Origin: the human T2T-CHM13v2.0 reference genome, Homo sapiens
Reading direction: 5' to 3' (one strand)
Assembly (NCBI RefSeq): GCF_009914755.1
Contig: NC_060935.1
Length of the DNA stretch: 64,000 bases
Numbering within the stretch: position 1 is the first letter of the stretch; the number at the start of each line of letters is the position of its first letter. Positions 50,749-64,000 of this stretch are shown here, piece by piece. The notes beneath the pieces were generated by a model. The model ran no database searches and was not told the DNA's origin. It was given only the letters and a program-made list of their open reading frames with translations. Position numbers and translations under genes: made by a program.

Positions 50749-51141
50749 GTAAGAAGGTTCGCTCAATCTGAGATTCTGGGAACACAGTTCCCTCCTGTGT
50801 CCTTGCGTTCTCATCCTGGTGGTGACACTAAGGGGTTTCTTTGGCCTTGCAGTGCCGCCTTGTCGTCCATTCTAGATGTCATGGACATGAATGACATTTT
50901 TATTAATTTATGAAGTAAGGGAATACATTTTACCTTGCAGAAAAGATCCATTATATCTAGTTATAGTCTCTAGGCCCCTATTATATGTGATCTAGTGTCA
51001 AGCATTCATCAGACTTCTCTTTACTCTGGTTAGTCACAGGTAAACACATGCATTTTCAGGTTTAAGAGCATACACATTTAAGAAATGTGTTCTATTTAAG
51101 TTTAAAATATGCTTATTTGTTATGCAAATGTTCCCTGTTAA

Positions 51142-51440
<299 letters not shown>

Positions 51441-51729
51441 CCCTGTTACTTTTTTTTAAACATAAAGTGATAGAATATTGAGCCTTTTGGGGAGAAAGAT
51501 GGACAAATATATAGACAGACAGTGCTCTCCTTTCTTTGCTGAATTTCCAAATATTTCCTTTTTAAGATTTGGAACGAAGCAGGAGAGTAACTGATTTTCA
51601 TTTGTTGAATTGTTTGCTTTGTCTCTGGTGCTTATATCCCAGCTTTTTTTAAATTCCTTTTTCCTTTTGTCTTCTTTTTTTGTTTAAATTTAAGATTACT
51701 CTGGAACAGAGGTTCCTAAACGTATTTTA

Positions 51730-52430
51730 CACTCATTAGTATGGCTATAATAAAAAAAGATGGACAATACCAAGTGTTTGGGAAGATGTGAAGAAATTGA
51801 AACCTTCTTGAATTGCTAGTAGAGATGTAAAATAGTAAAGCTACTTAGGAAAAACTGCTTGGCAGTTGCTCAGAAATGTAAAGAGAGTTCTCATGTGGCC
51901 TAGCCATTCCATTCCTACCTATATACCTAGAAGAACTGAATACATATATTTGTGCATAAACTTATATATGAAAGTTCACAGCAGTATTGTTCATAAATAA
52001 AACAACTCGTATCTCCTTAAACTGATGATTGGATAAGCAAAATGTGTTATATCCAAACAATGTAATATTGTTTAGCTGTGAAAAATAATGAATTAATAAT
52101 ACATGCTATGACATGGATGCACCTTGAAAACATTATAATTGAAAGAAGGCAAACACAAGTTCTTTTTTGTATGATTCCATTTATATGAAAGTCTGTAAGT
52201 AGCAAATCCGTAATATAGAAACTAGATTAGTGGTTGCCAGAGCTCTGGGGAAGAATAGGAAGTAATTGCTAATTAGTGTACAATTTCTATTTGTAGTGAT
52301 GAAAATGATCTGGATTTACTGTGCAATGACGGTTGCACTACATCGTGAATATTTTAAAGCCTGTTAAATTGTGCACTGTAAAGGGCAAATCTTATGGTAT
52401 TTGAACTACATCTCAGTAAAAACAAAAACA
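51730..52430 (+). mobile_element. L1MB/MC-like 3' end
   Basis: GAAATTGAAACC..GATTGGATAAGCAAAATGTG..ATGATTCCATTTATATG..TAGATTAGTGGTTGCCAG. Confidence 0.78.
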
Positions 52431-52749
52431 AAAAGGTTCCGTAGGCCCTTTTTTATGGTTCTTCCTTAAGCTCTTCACAACCCTTTGAATCGCCACCTTC
52501 ACAAAAGAACACTGTGTTTATGTCATTTGTCCAGGCATTTGTCCTATTTCAGTCAGTCTTAGTTGCTATTTGGTCACTTGGAATTTAAAAAAATATTGGT
52601 AGATCAAAAATTATAAATGCTGTGGGATTAACATTTCACTTCTAGATGTTAGCTTCAAAGAATGGCAAATGGAAAACTTAGGAACTTATTCTTTTATCTG
52701 AGTAGGGACTTTGGCTATTCCTCTCCAATATGTTAAGATATAATCTGTT

Positions 52750-53066
52750 GGCGGGGCGCGGTGGCTCACGCCTGTAATCCCAGCACTTTGGGAGGCCGAG
52801 GTGGGTGGATCACGAGGTCAGGAGATCGAGATCATCCTGGCTAACACAGTGAAACCCCGTCTCTACTAAAAATACAAAAAATTAGCCGGGCATTTTATAA
52901 TATACAAAAAATTAGCTGGTGATGGCGGCTGCCTGTAGTCCCAGCTACTCAGGAGGCTGAGGCAGGAGAATGGTGTGAACCCAGGAGGCGGAGCTTGCAG
53001 TGAGCCAAGATGGCGCCACTGCACTCCAGCCTGGGCGACAGAGCGAGACTCAGTCTAAAAAAAAAA
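52750..53066 (+). mobile_element. AluY-like with duplicated linker
   Basis: ATACAAAAAATTAGC occurs twice. Confidence 0.88.
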
Positions 53067-54648
53067 GATATGTGCTGTTGTATTTGTGGTATGTCTCCTC
53101 CACAATCCCATCTCCTGAGAGTCCCTGTAACAGCTTTCTTTCTATATGGATTCTCATGATGGCGATCGGGATGGATGGTGTTATCATATATCCATTGTTT
53201 GTTTGCTAGAGGGACTGATACTCATTTCGTAAGAGCTGCATTCAACACTTACTGCCAAAGAACGATCTAGACAGAAAGACGCTCAACTTGAAAACTGATG
53301 CAAAAATTAGATGAGATTTTAGGTTGTTTCCCTTATAAAGGAGATACTTTGATTTTTAATGCTTTCTGTAATAGTTTTATTATATTTGGCCATTTTTATT
53401 TTTGAAAGGATGGAATGGTAGGTAGCTAAATGAGGGAAAGAAGATGGCAGTTACTATTATTTAAAATTTTTTTTCCAGGTTTCTTAAAATTTTAGATTCA
53501 GGGGGCACATTCAATTCCATGGCATTTAGTACATTCAGATTGCTGTGCAACCATTAAGTGGGATCCCTCTCTGGACTTTTTCACCATCCCAAACTGAAAC
53601 TGTACCCATTAAAAAACAGCTCCCCATTCCCTTTGGTCACCACTGCTCTACTTTGATAACCACTATTCTACTTTCTGTCTCTATGACTTTGCCTATTCTA
53701 AGTACCTCATGTAAGTGGAATCATAGAATATTTGTCCTACAGGTTTCTTATAAGGGTCTGTTGCATAATGCTAGGGTTTGGGCTACATGGTACTCATTAT
53801 TTTTGTTTCGTCAATATCCATTCCCCATTTTTCTGGTAATAACACCTGGAATTACTCTTGCAAGAAAGACTAGCATGTCTATTTCCATCCTTGTACTTGT
53901 TTAGACCTGAGAAAATCAGCACTATCAAGAATGAATGAGTTAATTATATGTAAATCAGCGTATCCAATCCTTACATCCCTACCAGCCACACAGTGATTAT
54001 TTTAAGTTGGACATCTGACCCAATCCTGAATGCTTGTGGGTGACAAAATTGTACTGTCATTGCAGTGAAGGGAAGTTCTCCTTTTTAGCAGAAAATAATA
54101 TCAGTGAAGATAATTCAAATAAAGAGATTCAAGTTGCTATCAACTAAAATCTGAGAATACAGTCAAAATATAGGGAAGAAATGAGAATTAATAGGCACAG
54201 AGAGGCCAGAATTGTGACAGAGGTTTGAGCTTCCAGAGCCATCTGTGACTAAAGTAATACCTCTCTGGCCACAACCCTTACTTTCTTCCCAGTTAAGGCA
54301 ATTTTAGTTGTTGAACAACAAAACTATGCTAATACAGAGAGCAAAACCATTTATTTGGTTGTACACCAGCTGGTGTCATGAAAGAGTTAAAGCCAAATAT
54401 ATTGGTACATCTTGCTCAAAACAAATTAACCCACAGTGGTGATGATGGGGGAATGCAGATGACTAACAGAAGTTAAGGATGGACTGGCTTGATAAAATGT
54501 TTTAGTGTCTGGGACAGGGACTGAGTGAATATTGATACCAGTTTGACAATACGGCATAAGAAAGGAAACAATATGGCTGGAGAACAGCTTATGTTTTAGA
54601 TATTCTTAGTTACTGGTGCCGTTTTTTCTTCTTTGTGGAATGTAGTAT

Positions 54649-55188
54649 TGTACCTGTACAGAATGAAGTCTAGCTGCTTTTTTTCACAGTCCAATGAGAT
54701 GCAGACAGACTTGGAAAAGAAGGGAGTTTATTTTTGCAACTGGTTACAGGGAGAAGGTCAGAGTAACTATCAGACCAACTCAGAGTTACAAAGTTTTTTT
54801 TTTCTGGTGCTTATATACATTTTAAGCTCTATGCCTTCACGTGGGAGTGCACCTACATGCAGGAGTGTTTCAATCTATATCTATCTTTAACTAGGGTCTG
54901 GGGTCTAGAAAGCTTTCTCTAGAGTCTTGGAAAGTTTCTTAATCTTAAATGGGCCCTGGTACAAGTTGTATGTCTAAGAATGCTTTTATTATTCGATCAG
55001 ACTTTAAGGTATGAGAAAACCCAGGCAGGGTCTTTAAAGGGTTTGTTTTCACATTTCAGCCCTGGTACTCACTCAGGCACCAGCTTTTCCAGTTCTTTAA
55101 TGTTTAACTTACGCATTCATCAAAATTATAGTAAAGGGTTAAGGGAAACTGATTGTTCTGGTTGCTAATGGAAACCTGACCTGCCACA
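54649..55188 (-). mobile_element. ERV1-class solo LTR (family not assigned)
   Basis: TG...CA ends, 4-bp TSD GTAT (54645-54648, 55189-55192), reverse poly(A) signal TTTATT. Confidence 0.7.
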
Positions 55189-55283
55189 GTATTATAGAAA
55201 CATGATTACAGACAAAAGACAATGATTAGATATAAAGGTTGACAAAAAACAGCACCTATGTGTGAGCTAAAATTAAGATTGGA

Positions 55284-55612
<329 letters not shown>

Positions 55613-55639
55613 CTATAGGCGGTGGATAGAACAGGACTT

Positions 55640-56990
55640 TTCTGACTGTACATAAGACTATGTCATCTGTAAAAAGAGAGAGATTTACTATTTTCTTTCC
55701 AATAGAGAAGCTTTTTTAAAAATTAGTTTTTATTGGTACTTAATAAGTATACATATTTATAGGGTACATAGATTTTGGCACAGGTATACAATGCATAATA
55801 ATTACATCAGTACATCAGAGTAAATGATGTATCCATCACCTCAAGCATTTATCATTTGTTTGTGTTGCCAACATTCAGATTATACTATTTTAATTATTTT
55901 AAATGCATAATAAATTATTGTTGACTATAGTCACACTGTTGTGGTATCAAATACTAAATCTTATTCATTCTATCTAACTGCCAACATAGAGCCTTTTATT
56001 TGTTTTCTGTGACTAACTGCCCTGACTAGAACCTCCAATACCATGTTAAATAGAAGTAGTGAGAGCAAACATCCTTGTCTTTTCTGATCTTCGGGAAAAA
56101 GCATTCAGTTTTTCACCACAAAGTATGATGTTAGCTGTAGGTTTTTCATAGATGTGTTTTATCAGGCTGAGGGACCTCTCTTCTATTCCAAGTTTGTTAC
56201 CATTCCTGTTTTGTTTTGTTTTTTTTATGAAAGTGTGCTGAATTTTGCTGAATGCTTTTTTTCATGTCTATTGAGATCATCATGTGGTTTTCATCCTTTA
56301 TTTTATTAATATGGTATATTACATCAATTGATTTTTTTTTATGTTGAACCAACCTTGCATTTCTGGGATAAATTCTACTTGGCCATCAGGTATAATCTTT
56401 TTGCTGGATTGCCAGATTTGATTTTCTTGTATTTTTGTTGAAGAATTTTGTATTTATATTTATAAGAGATATTGGTCTATGGTTTTCTTTTCTTGTGATG
56501 TCTTTGGTTCTTTTATCAGGGTCCTTTATCAGGGTAGGATGAGCCTCATGTAATCAATTAGGAAGTGTTCCCTGCTCTTCTTTATTTTTGAAATAACTTA
56601 TGAAGTTTTGATATTATTTCTTTTTAAACCTTTAGCAGAATTAGCCAGTGAAGCCATCTGGGTGAGGCCTTTTCTCTGTAGGAAGTCTTTGAATTCCAAC
56701 TTAATCTCTTAACATGTTTTAGGCCTATTCATATTTTCTATGCGTTCTTTAATGTGTATTGATAGTTTCTGTATTTCTAGGAATTTGTCTGTTTCATTAA
56801 GATTATCTAATTTGTTGGCATACAGTTGCTCATCATTTTATAAACCTTTTAATTTCCTTAAGGTCAGTAGTAATATCCCATCTTTCATTCCTGATTTTTT
56901 TTCTTGGTGTGTCTAGCTAAATGTTTGCCAATTTTGTTGACATTTTCATATAACTCACTTCTGATTTTTCCATTTTTTTTTCTACTGTTC
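55640..56990 (-). mobile_element. Old L1M ORF2 fragment with nested L1MA 3' end (~55720-55980)
   Basis: AGAACCTCCAATACCATGTTAAATAGAAGTAGTGAGAG..CAGTGAAGCCATCTGG. Confidence 0.78.
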
Positions 56991-57058
56991 TTCTTTCTTT
57001 CATTAGTCTTACACCAGTCTTTATACACTTTGACTCATGTTTTCTCTTTTCTTTCTAG

Positions 57059-57081
57059 GACATGAGTGGAATCATGAAATG
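57059..57081 (+). CDS. TRIM34: TRIM34 exon 5 (23-nt microexon)
   Basis: TCTAG|GAC ATG AGT GGA ATC ATG AAA TG|GTGCGT. Confidence 0.9.
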
Positions 57082-57121
57082 GTGCGTATGGGTGGCCAGG
57101 AGTGGTGCTTGTGAGTTATAA
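57082..57121 (+). CDS. TRIM34: TRIM34 short-isoform tail (intron-5 readthrough, ..WCVWVARSGACEL*, 270 aa)
   Basis: Open to TAA at 57119-57121; AATAAA at 57164-57169. Confidence 0.7.
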
Positions 57122-58297
57122 AGAAGTGTTTGTAGCTATTAGAGTTATTTGGTGGTCAATTGGAATAAAAAATCTCCCAGAGTAGTAAAATTTGGATGTA
57201 TCGTTATCTTAAATTGCTGGTCCCCGATGAGTATTTGAGTGTTCCGTAACTATTAATGGACTCGATCCTATGTTAGTAAATTCAGTGGTTGAAGTTCAGA
57301 GCTACAGCCAAAAAGGATATTAAGGATGAGAGCTTTTACTGTCAGACTTCGGTGACTTCACTCATTTAATTCATCCTCTGTCCCTGCATCCAGCCCTGGA
57401 TCTTTTATTTTATATGTGTTTGTCATACACATGGAGGGCCTTGTCAAATCCTAAAATAGGGCATGGAGACAGCTTCTTTATATGTACTTTGCTTACTTAG
57501 AAATAGAAGGTACCGGATCATTATGCAAGGTTCTCTTTAGATTTCCAAAAGTAGACTCGAGCCTCAGGACGGTAGCTGTGACTCTGGTGATGATAATTAA
57601 TCTCTGCCAGTTCACACACTTTAGAAGCTCCTATGGAAAAGTGTAGTCCTTGTTCCTTGTGTCTACCATTGCCAACCCACTTGGAAACATCAAGTTTCTT
57701 ACAAAGACAAAAAATTCTAACCATTTTTAGTTAGGTTGTCATAACTTCTCCTTTGCCGAGTGTTCGTGTTTCCCAGGAATCTGAAATCTCAAATATGCGC
57801 CATTCCACTGGAGTTCAGGCTTTGAACTCGGGCACAGGCTGACAGGATTTCCCTACAGAGCCCCGTATCACAGTCAGGATCTACAGCTCAGAATACCACA
57901 TCTCTGGCCCCTCCCAGAAGGCCCACTGAGATGCAGTGAGTTTTCCACATATCACATACCATTTCTACAGGTAGCAAAGTCTTTTCCTATCGTTTTATCC
58001 AATTTTTTATTATTTCCATTAGATATCAAAGGAGGGTTTAATTATTTCATTTTTAAGGAAGAAACTGTGCTTTCAAGAAATGAAGACCTTCTCAAGGTCA
58101 CCCAGAGGATAAGAGGGAAAGTAGACACAGTCACATTTCTTCTGGATCCAGGGTCCGGCTCTCCCTTCTCCCCCTCCTCAGGCTCAGGGAGAAGGGTTCA
58201 AGTGCATCAGTGATGTGAAGGAGATGAAACCAGTGATGTGGGAGGGATGGACACAGGATGAGAGATGTGGGGGTCAAAAAATTTTTTTCATCCCTAG

Positions 58298-58398
58298 GAG
58301 TGAGATCTGGAGGCTGAAAAAGCCAAAAATGGTTTCCAAGAAACTGAAGACTGTATTCCATGCTCCAGATCTGAGTAGGATGCTGCAAATGTTTAGAG
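58298..58398 (+). CDS. TRIM34: TRIM34 exon 6
   Basis: SEIWRLKKPKMVSKKLKTVFHAPDLSRMLQMFR, 101 nt. Confidence 0.93.
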
Positions 58399-58707
58399 GT
58401 GAGGAGAAGCAGACAAAGACTGTGGATGTGGGATTGTTGTGGTGTCAGGTAATAAACTGTCTAGGTGGGATAACTTAAAATTGAGGACAGAAGAGAGGAG
58501 GGAGGTCAGAGAATAAGGAATATTCTGTGGTGAAGAGGATGCATTTATATGTAAGGAAAAATGGCTAGGTCTCTGGTTTATCTTTTAATTCACTAGCTCA
58601 CAGCTTCATGGTATTCCCTTCCCCTGTCCCTACTCTAAAGAATATATAGGTATCAGTGCTTACTCCTTTGTTTCTAATCAGCATCACTGAATCTTTTATT
58701 ATTTCAG

Positions 58708-58734
58708 AACTGACAGCTGTCCGGTGCTACTGGG
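58708..58734 (+). CDS. TRIM34: TRIM34 exon 7
   Basis: TTTCAG|AA CTG ACA GCT GTC CGG TGC TAC TGG G|GTAAGA. Confidence 0.92.
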
Positions 58735-59041
58735 GTAAGAAAAAGTTAGTCTTTAAATAACTGTTTTCCAATTACCTTTCAGAAGTTTATGGTTTCAATG
58801 ATATCTTCTGATCTTAGCCTCATGCATTCTCAGCACCTCCCAAAACATTTGCTAAATACATTTCTCCAGTGTTTTACCCCTCCAATTCATCAGTGCAAGT
58901 TTTTCAGTCACTTCCCAAGTTCGTTCATCACCATGTCACTAGATAAACCTACTCCATATCTGTCACCTAATCATATATATCACACAGATGATTATATTCA
59001 TATACATATATATATATATATATTTTTTTTTTTTCTTGCAG

Positions 59042-59607
59042 TGGATGTCACACTGAATTCAGTCAACCTAAATTTGAATCTTGTCCTTTCAGAAGATCAG
59101 AGACAAGTGATATCTGTGCCAATTTGGCCTTTTCAGTGTTATAATTATGGTGTCTTGGGATCCCAATATTTCTCCTCTGGGAAACATTACTGGGAAGTGG
59201 ACGTGTCCAAGAAAACTGCCTGGATCCTGGGGGTATACTGTAGAACATATTCCCGCCATATGAAGTATGTTGTTAGAAGATGTGCAAATCGTCAAAATCT
59301 TTACACCAAATACAGACCTCTATTTGGCTACTGGGTTATAGGGTTACAGAATAAATGTAAGTATGGTGTCTTTGAAGAGTCTTTGTCCTCTGATCCCGAG
59401 GTTTTGACTCTCTCCATGGCTGTGCCTCCCTGCCGTGTTGGGGTTTTCCTCGACTATGAAGCAGGCATTGTCTCATTTTTCAATGTCACAAGCCATGGCT
59501 CCCTCATTTACAAGTTCTCTAAATGTTGCTTTTCTCAGCCTGTTTATCCATATTTCAATCCTTGGAACTGTCCAGCTCCCATGACTCTATGCCCACCAAG
59601 CTCTTGA
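59042..59607 (+). CDS. TRIM34: TRIM34 exon 8 coding part: B30.2/PRY-SPRY
   Basis: [26 protein letters not shown]; spliced CDS 1467 nt = 488 aa. Confidence 0.97.
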
Positions 59608-60265
59608 ATTTTCTCATTTCTTCACCTACAACCCTTTGTCTCGACTTATCTCCTGCAACTGACTCATCTGCAACATTCACACCATTGCTTCCTTGTGGTT
59701 TCCCTTCTTTAGAACTTTTACTCATCCTTGAGATGTATGGTGTATTTGGCTTGAGTTATGAGAGATGCTTATTTATTCATTTACTCTTTTTCATATTTTC
59801 AGAGAAAGTTACCTAATCCCTCCTAAAGACACAGCAGTATGGGTATAACATCCTTGCCTTCCCATTTATCCATGTTTCACTTTATCACTGATGTGAAGAG
59901 GCCCAAAGCCTGTTAGCCACCATCCATGCTACCTAGGTAGTCCATAGGAACCACCCCCATGACCACCACCAACATCAACTAAAGGTTCTTGGAGGGTATG
60001 TCAGTGTGTTGCTCAGGATACCCCAGGTACATCAAGGAATCAAGGAGAGGAAAATATGAGCAATATGTGTATTCAGAGTGAAGATTTTATGTCCAGAGTA
60101 TTTGAGCTCAAACCTTGCCTGTTGTTTTCTAATCATGATGAATACTTTCTCAGTTTCTTTTTCCTGAAATATAAATTGGGATTTAAGACTGTACCTAACT
60201 ATTAAGATCACTGTGTAAAACTAAGTGTCTCTAAATGTAATGCATCGATTTAGTGTCTGGAACAT

Positions 60266-60271
60266 AATAAA
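60266..60271 (+). terminator. TRIM34: TRIM34 poly(A) signal
   Basis: AATAAA ~660 nt after the stop, GT-rich sequence downstream. Confidence 0.7.
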
Positions 60272-60669
60272 TATTTGCTCTCATGATTGCTAAAAAGTGT
60301 GAGCTGTAGTAATGTCCTGTGCAATAGTTTTGTGGCCTTCAGAGGAATAGTAGTTGATTTTACTGAAGTCTCATTTTTCAAGTTCCCAGACTCCACTGTT
60401 AAGACCACTCCAATTTTAGTTTTGTTTTATAGAACTTTTTATACTCAGAGTGGGACTGTTTTTTTTCTTTTTTATTGTACATATTTAAGATATATATACT
60501 ATGATGTTTTGATACACACTTACATGGTAAAGTGATTACTACAGCCAAGTAAATTATACATCCACTGTATCATATAGTTACCGTGTGTCGGGGGGGTGGT
60601 GGTTAGTGCATTTAAAATCTTTCTTAGCAAATTCCCAGTAGACAATACAATATTAACTAGAATCCTTGA

Positions 60670-60905
60670 AATAGTTGGGATTTTTGTCCTGCCCAAATCT
60701 CATGTTGAAATGTAATCCCCAGTGTTGGAGGTGGGGCCTGGTGGGAGGTGATTGGATCATGGGGGCCTCATGGAGGGCCTCGCACCATCCCCATGGTAAT
60801 GAATACATTCTTGCTGTGAGTTCTTGGGAGATCTGGTTATTTAAGAGTGTGGCACTTCCTCCTGTCTCTGTATTGTTCCCACTCTTGCCAGAGATGTTCC
60901 TGTTC
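60670..60905 (+). mobile_element. MST-like MaLR LTR, partial
   Basis: CCCAAATCTCATGTTGAAATGTAATCCCCAGTGTTGGAGGTGGGGCCTGG. Confidence 0.75.
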
Positions 60906-60934
60906 CTGCTAATGTTAGGATAAAAAAGTGATTA

Positions 60935-61382
<448 letters not shown>

Positions 61383-61765
61383 TTAAATCTCTGTAAAATG
61401 AATAGGTTAAAATTAACAATCTTACAATCAGGAAGAAGCAGAAAATTCCGTAGAACCACAATAATAAAATGATGTAAACATTATAAAATTATATGTGTTC
61501 AAGTGCATAGAATGAGAGTACTTTTGAAGGTCTAATGTTTTGGGTCAGTACTACAATCAGGAAGAAAAAAAGACAGGCCTACCTTTCCTTCTTCAGAAGA
61601 GAGTGGGGACAGAGGAGATTTGATGAGGGTCAAGTCTAGGAAAAGCTTCACTTTTGCTCATTGTATGTTGATTCTCTGGATACATTCCCACCTGTTCTTT
61701 GCCCTGATGATGAGACTTTTACCCAGATGTGACAACTGCTCTCTTCATCACATCTAGTCTTCTGG

Positions 61766-62037
61766 AAAAAAAAAAAAAAATATATATATATATATCTATA
61801 TATAGATATATATAGATATATATATAGATATATAAAACATGTATATTAAATGTATATTAATATGTGTATGTATTTATAACATATGTGTAATTTATAATTA
61901 TATATAATACATATATACATATGTATAGTACACATAAATATATTAGATTATATATGTATAATACATATAAATGTATACATTTTAATATACATGTATATTA
62001 TATAAATATACATATACACACGTACACACACACATAT
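61766..62037. repeat. A-run, (TA)n and AT-rich low-complexity tract
   Basis: Direct read. Confidence 0.9.
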
Positions 62038-63418
62038 CCCCAAATACACCAACCACCCTCATGTTTCTTCCCAGAATTCCAACCACCAGAGGCACAGCTT
62101 TTTTGGAAATATCATTTTACCACAGTAGCACTGGATGTCTGTCCACTCTGAAATGATAAAAATTCATAATATTGACTATATGCAAAGGAGGCAGCACTGA
62201 CGTCAATTTTTTCTCCAGAACAGAGAAAGAGGAGGGGACTATGTTAGGGCAATGAATTTGCGAATAATAGCATGAAACAGTCTCTTGGTTATTCTCCATC
62301 AAATATGACCACATCATCAGCACACAATGTCCATCCTCCCTTATCTCTTCCATCTACGCCTAGAAACTGCTCTCTTCCCTGTCTAGCACCTGCCACCACT
62401 AGACTACTGCAGATCTAGTTGTTCTAGCTCTTCTCATCTTTACACGCTTGAAGCATTCCTCTTAGATGAGAAGCTCAACACACTTCCCTTTATTCTTTGG
62501 GAAACGTTTTTAGCTTAAGTCAAATTCTCACCCCTAGGAATGAAAAAAAATTGACTCCTAAACCTCTGACTTTGTAACCCTTGGACACCACTGATTTCCT
62601 ATCATTTCACCCCACTGATGTACTTGAACTCTGTTCCCTGAGAAGGGAGAGGGCAGACCCTTGACCCTAGAACCAGACAAAATGTACTCGTGTCCACTTT
62701 CTCCCTTACTCTCTGTATGACCATGGGATGGTCTTAACCTCTCAGAAGCACAGTTTCTTCCTTCCAAAATGAAATAATTAATCTCTCCCTCTCTACCTTC
62801 TTGAGCTCATAGGACATGAAGAAATAATGGATTTTAAAACAAACAAACAAAAAAACTTTGGTGCCTTAACAAAACGATTTAATGTGTGGAAACATCATTG
62901 CTATGGATGTGGGTTACCAGAAAGATGGTTAGACAGTGAGGTTGCAGGACCTGGCTCCTGGGTGTTTGAGACGTATCAGGAGAGGAATCCTGTCTGGAGA
63001 GGCCTAAGACCTTCAAAGCCTATTTCCACTAGAGAAGTGCTCAGATAATATCTGAGGTTCCATGTTTTTTGGGGAAAATTACCAATACTTGGCAAAGGGG
63101 ATTTTATGAATACCAAACTAATAGTGGTCTGAATTTTGTGTGTTTAGAAAAGCTCTATATTGTCAAGTAGGTGTACAGTTTTAGACACTAAGATGTCACC
63201 TTTTCATACTCTTCTAAAGTATCTGACTGAGATGAATCAATTGTTTACACCAAGGAAAAAAACTATTCCAGAAATGCATATCTCTTTTTTTAAATCTAAA
63301 TAGAATCACAAGGAAGGATCTGTTCTCTTCTATACCCACAGGAAAAATATAAATATATAGGAGTTGTCTGAATGAAAAATTTGGGGTGCTTGGCAGACAA
63401 GATATAATTCTCTTATAG

Positions 63419-63718
<300 letters not shown>

Positions 63719-64000
63719 TGAGACACCTATTAAATACAAAACCAGAGCTAGATGGAGGTAATGCAATGGTGATGTCACGGGGGTCTGATACTGCAACACC
63801 TTATCCCTAATACCACTATTGATCCACACACTCTGTGACTCTCCACCACCCAAATTTTATACCATAGAATGCGATTTATTCTCGGTAGTTTTAGAACGCT
63901 CAAACCCTAAATTGTGACCAGAAATTTACAATAATATTATATCTAAATTTCCTGTCCTGGGAGATGTTTTATTCTGATTGAACTCCGGGCAATTCTAATG

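Overview
Human (or great-ape) genomic DNA from the antiviral TRIM cluster, recognised as the TRIM6/TRIM34 part of 11p15.4. It holds two complete, tandem, + strand paralogues, each RING/B-box2/coiled-coil/B30.2-SPRY. TRIM6: CpG promoter ~13.4-14.3 kb, coding exons 20747-28782, 488 aa, or 516 aa with the MCGSER exon at 14303-14319. TRIM34: IRF-site promoter ~40.8 kb, coding exons 48224-59607, 488 aa. Both have coding exons of 423/96/231/23/101/27/566 nt and a GC-AG third intron. TRIM6 exon 7 splices in frame onto the open 5'UTR of TRIM34 exon 2, giving the 842-aa TRIM6-TRIM34 readthrough. The rest is repeats: about 35 Alus, a solo LTR12, MER4 and other LTRs, L1 fragments, MER20/MER3/MER33/MADE1. 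Most short ORFs in the track are repeat-derived noise. I found no wholly new gene system. Best leads: (1) a composite templated insertion that copied the exon-4 donor into TRIM6 intron 3, creating a candidate poison exon; (2) a ~150-bp local copy with T-tract and 16-bp TSD inserted into a palindrome; (3) a polyadenylated HERV-H/LTR7 mini-retrocopy in TRIM34 intron 2; (4) an LTR12 with a good donor upstream of TRIM6; (5) phase-identical paralogues allowing domain-swapped chimeras; (6) intron-5 poly(A) sites giving SPRY-less forms; (7) a convergent CTCF-like pair. Repeat subfamily names are from recalled consensus, not a database run.
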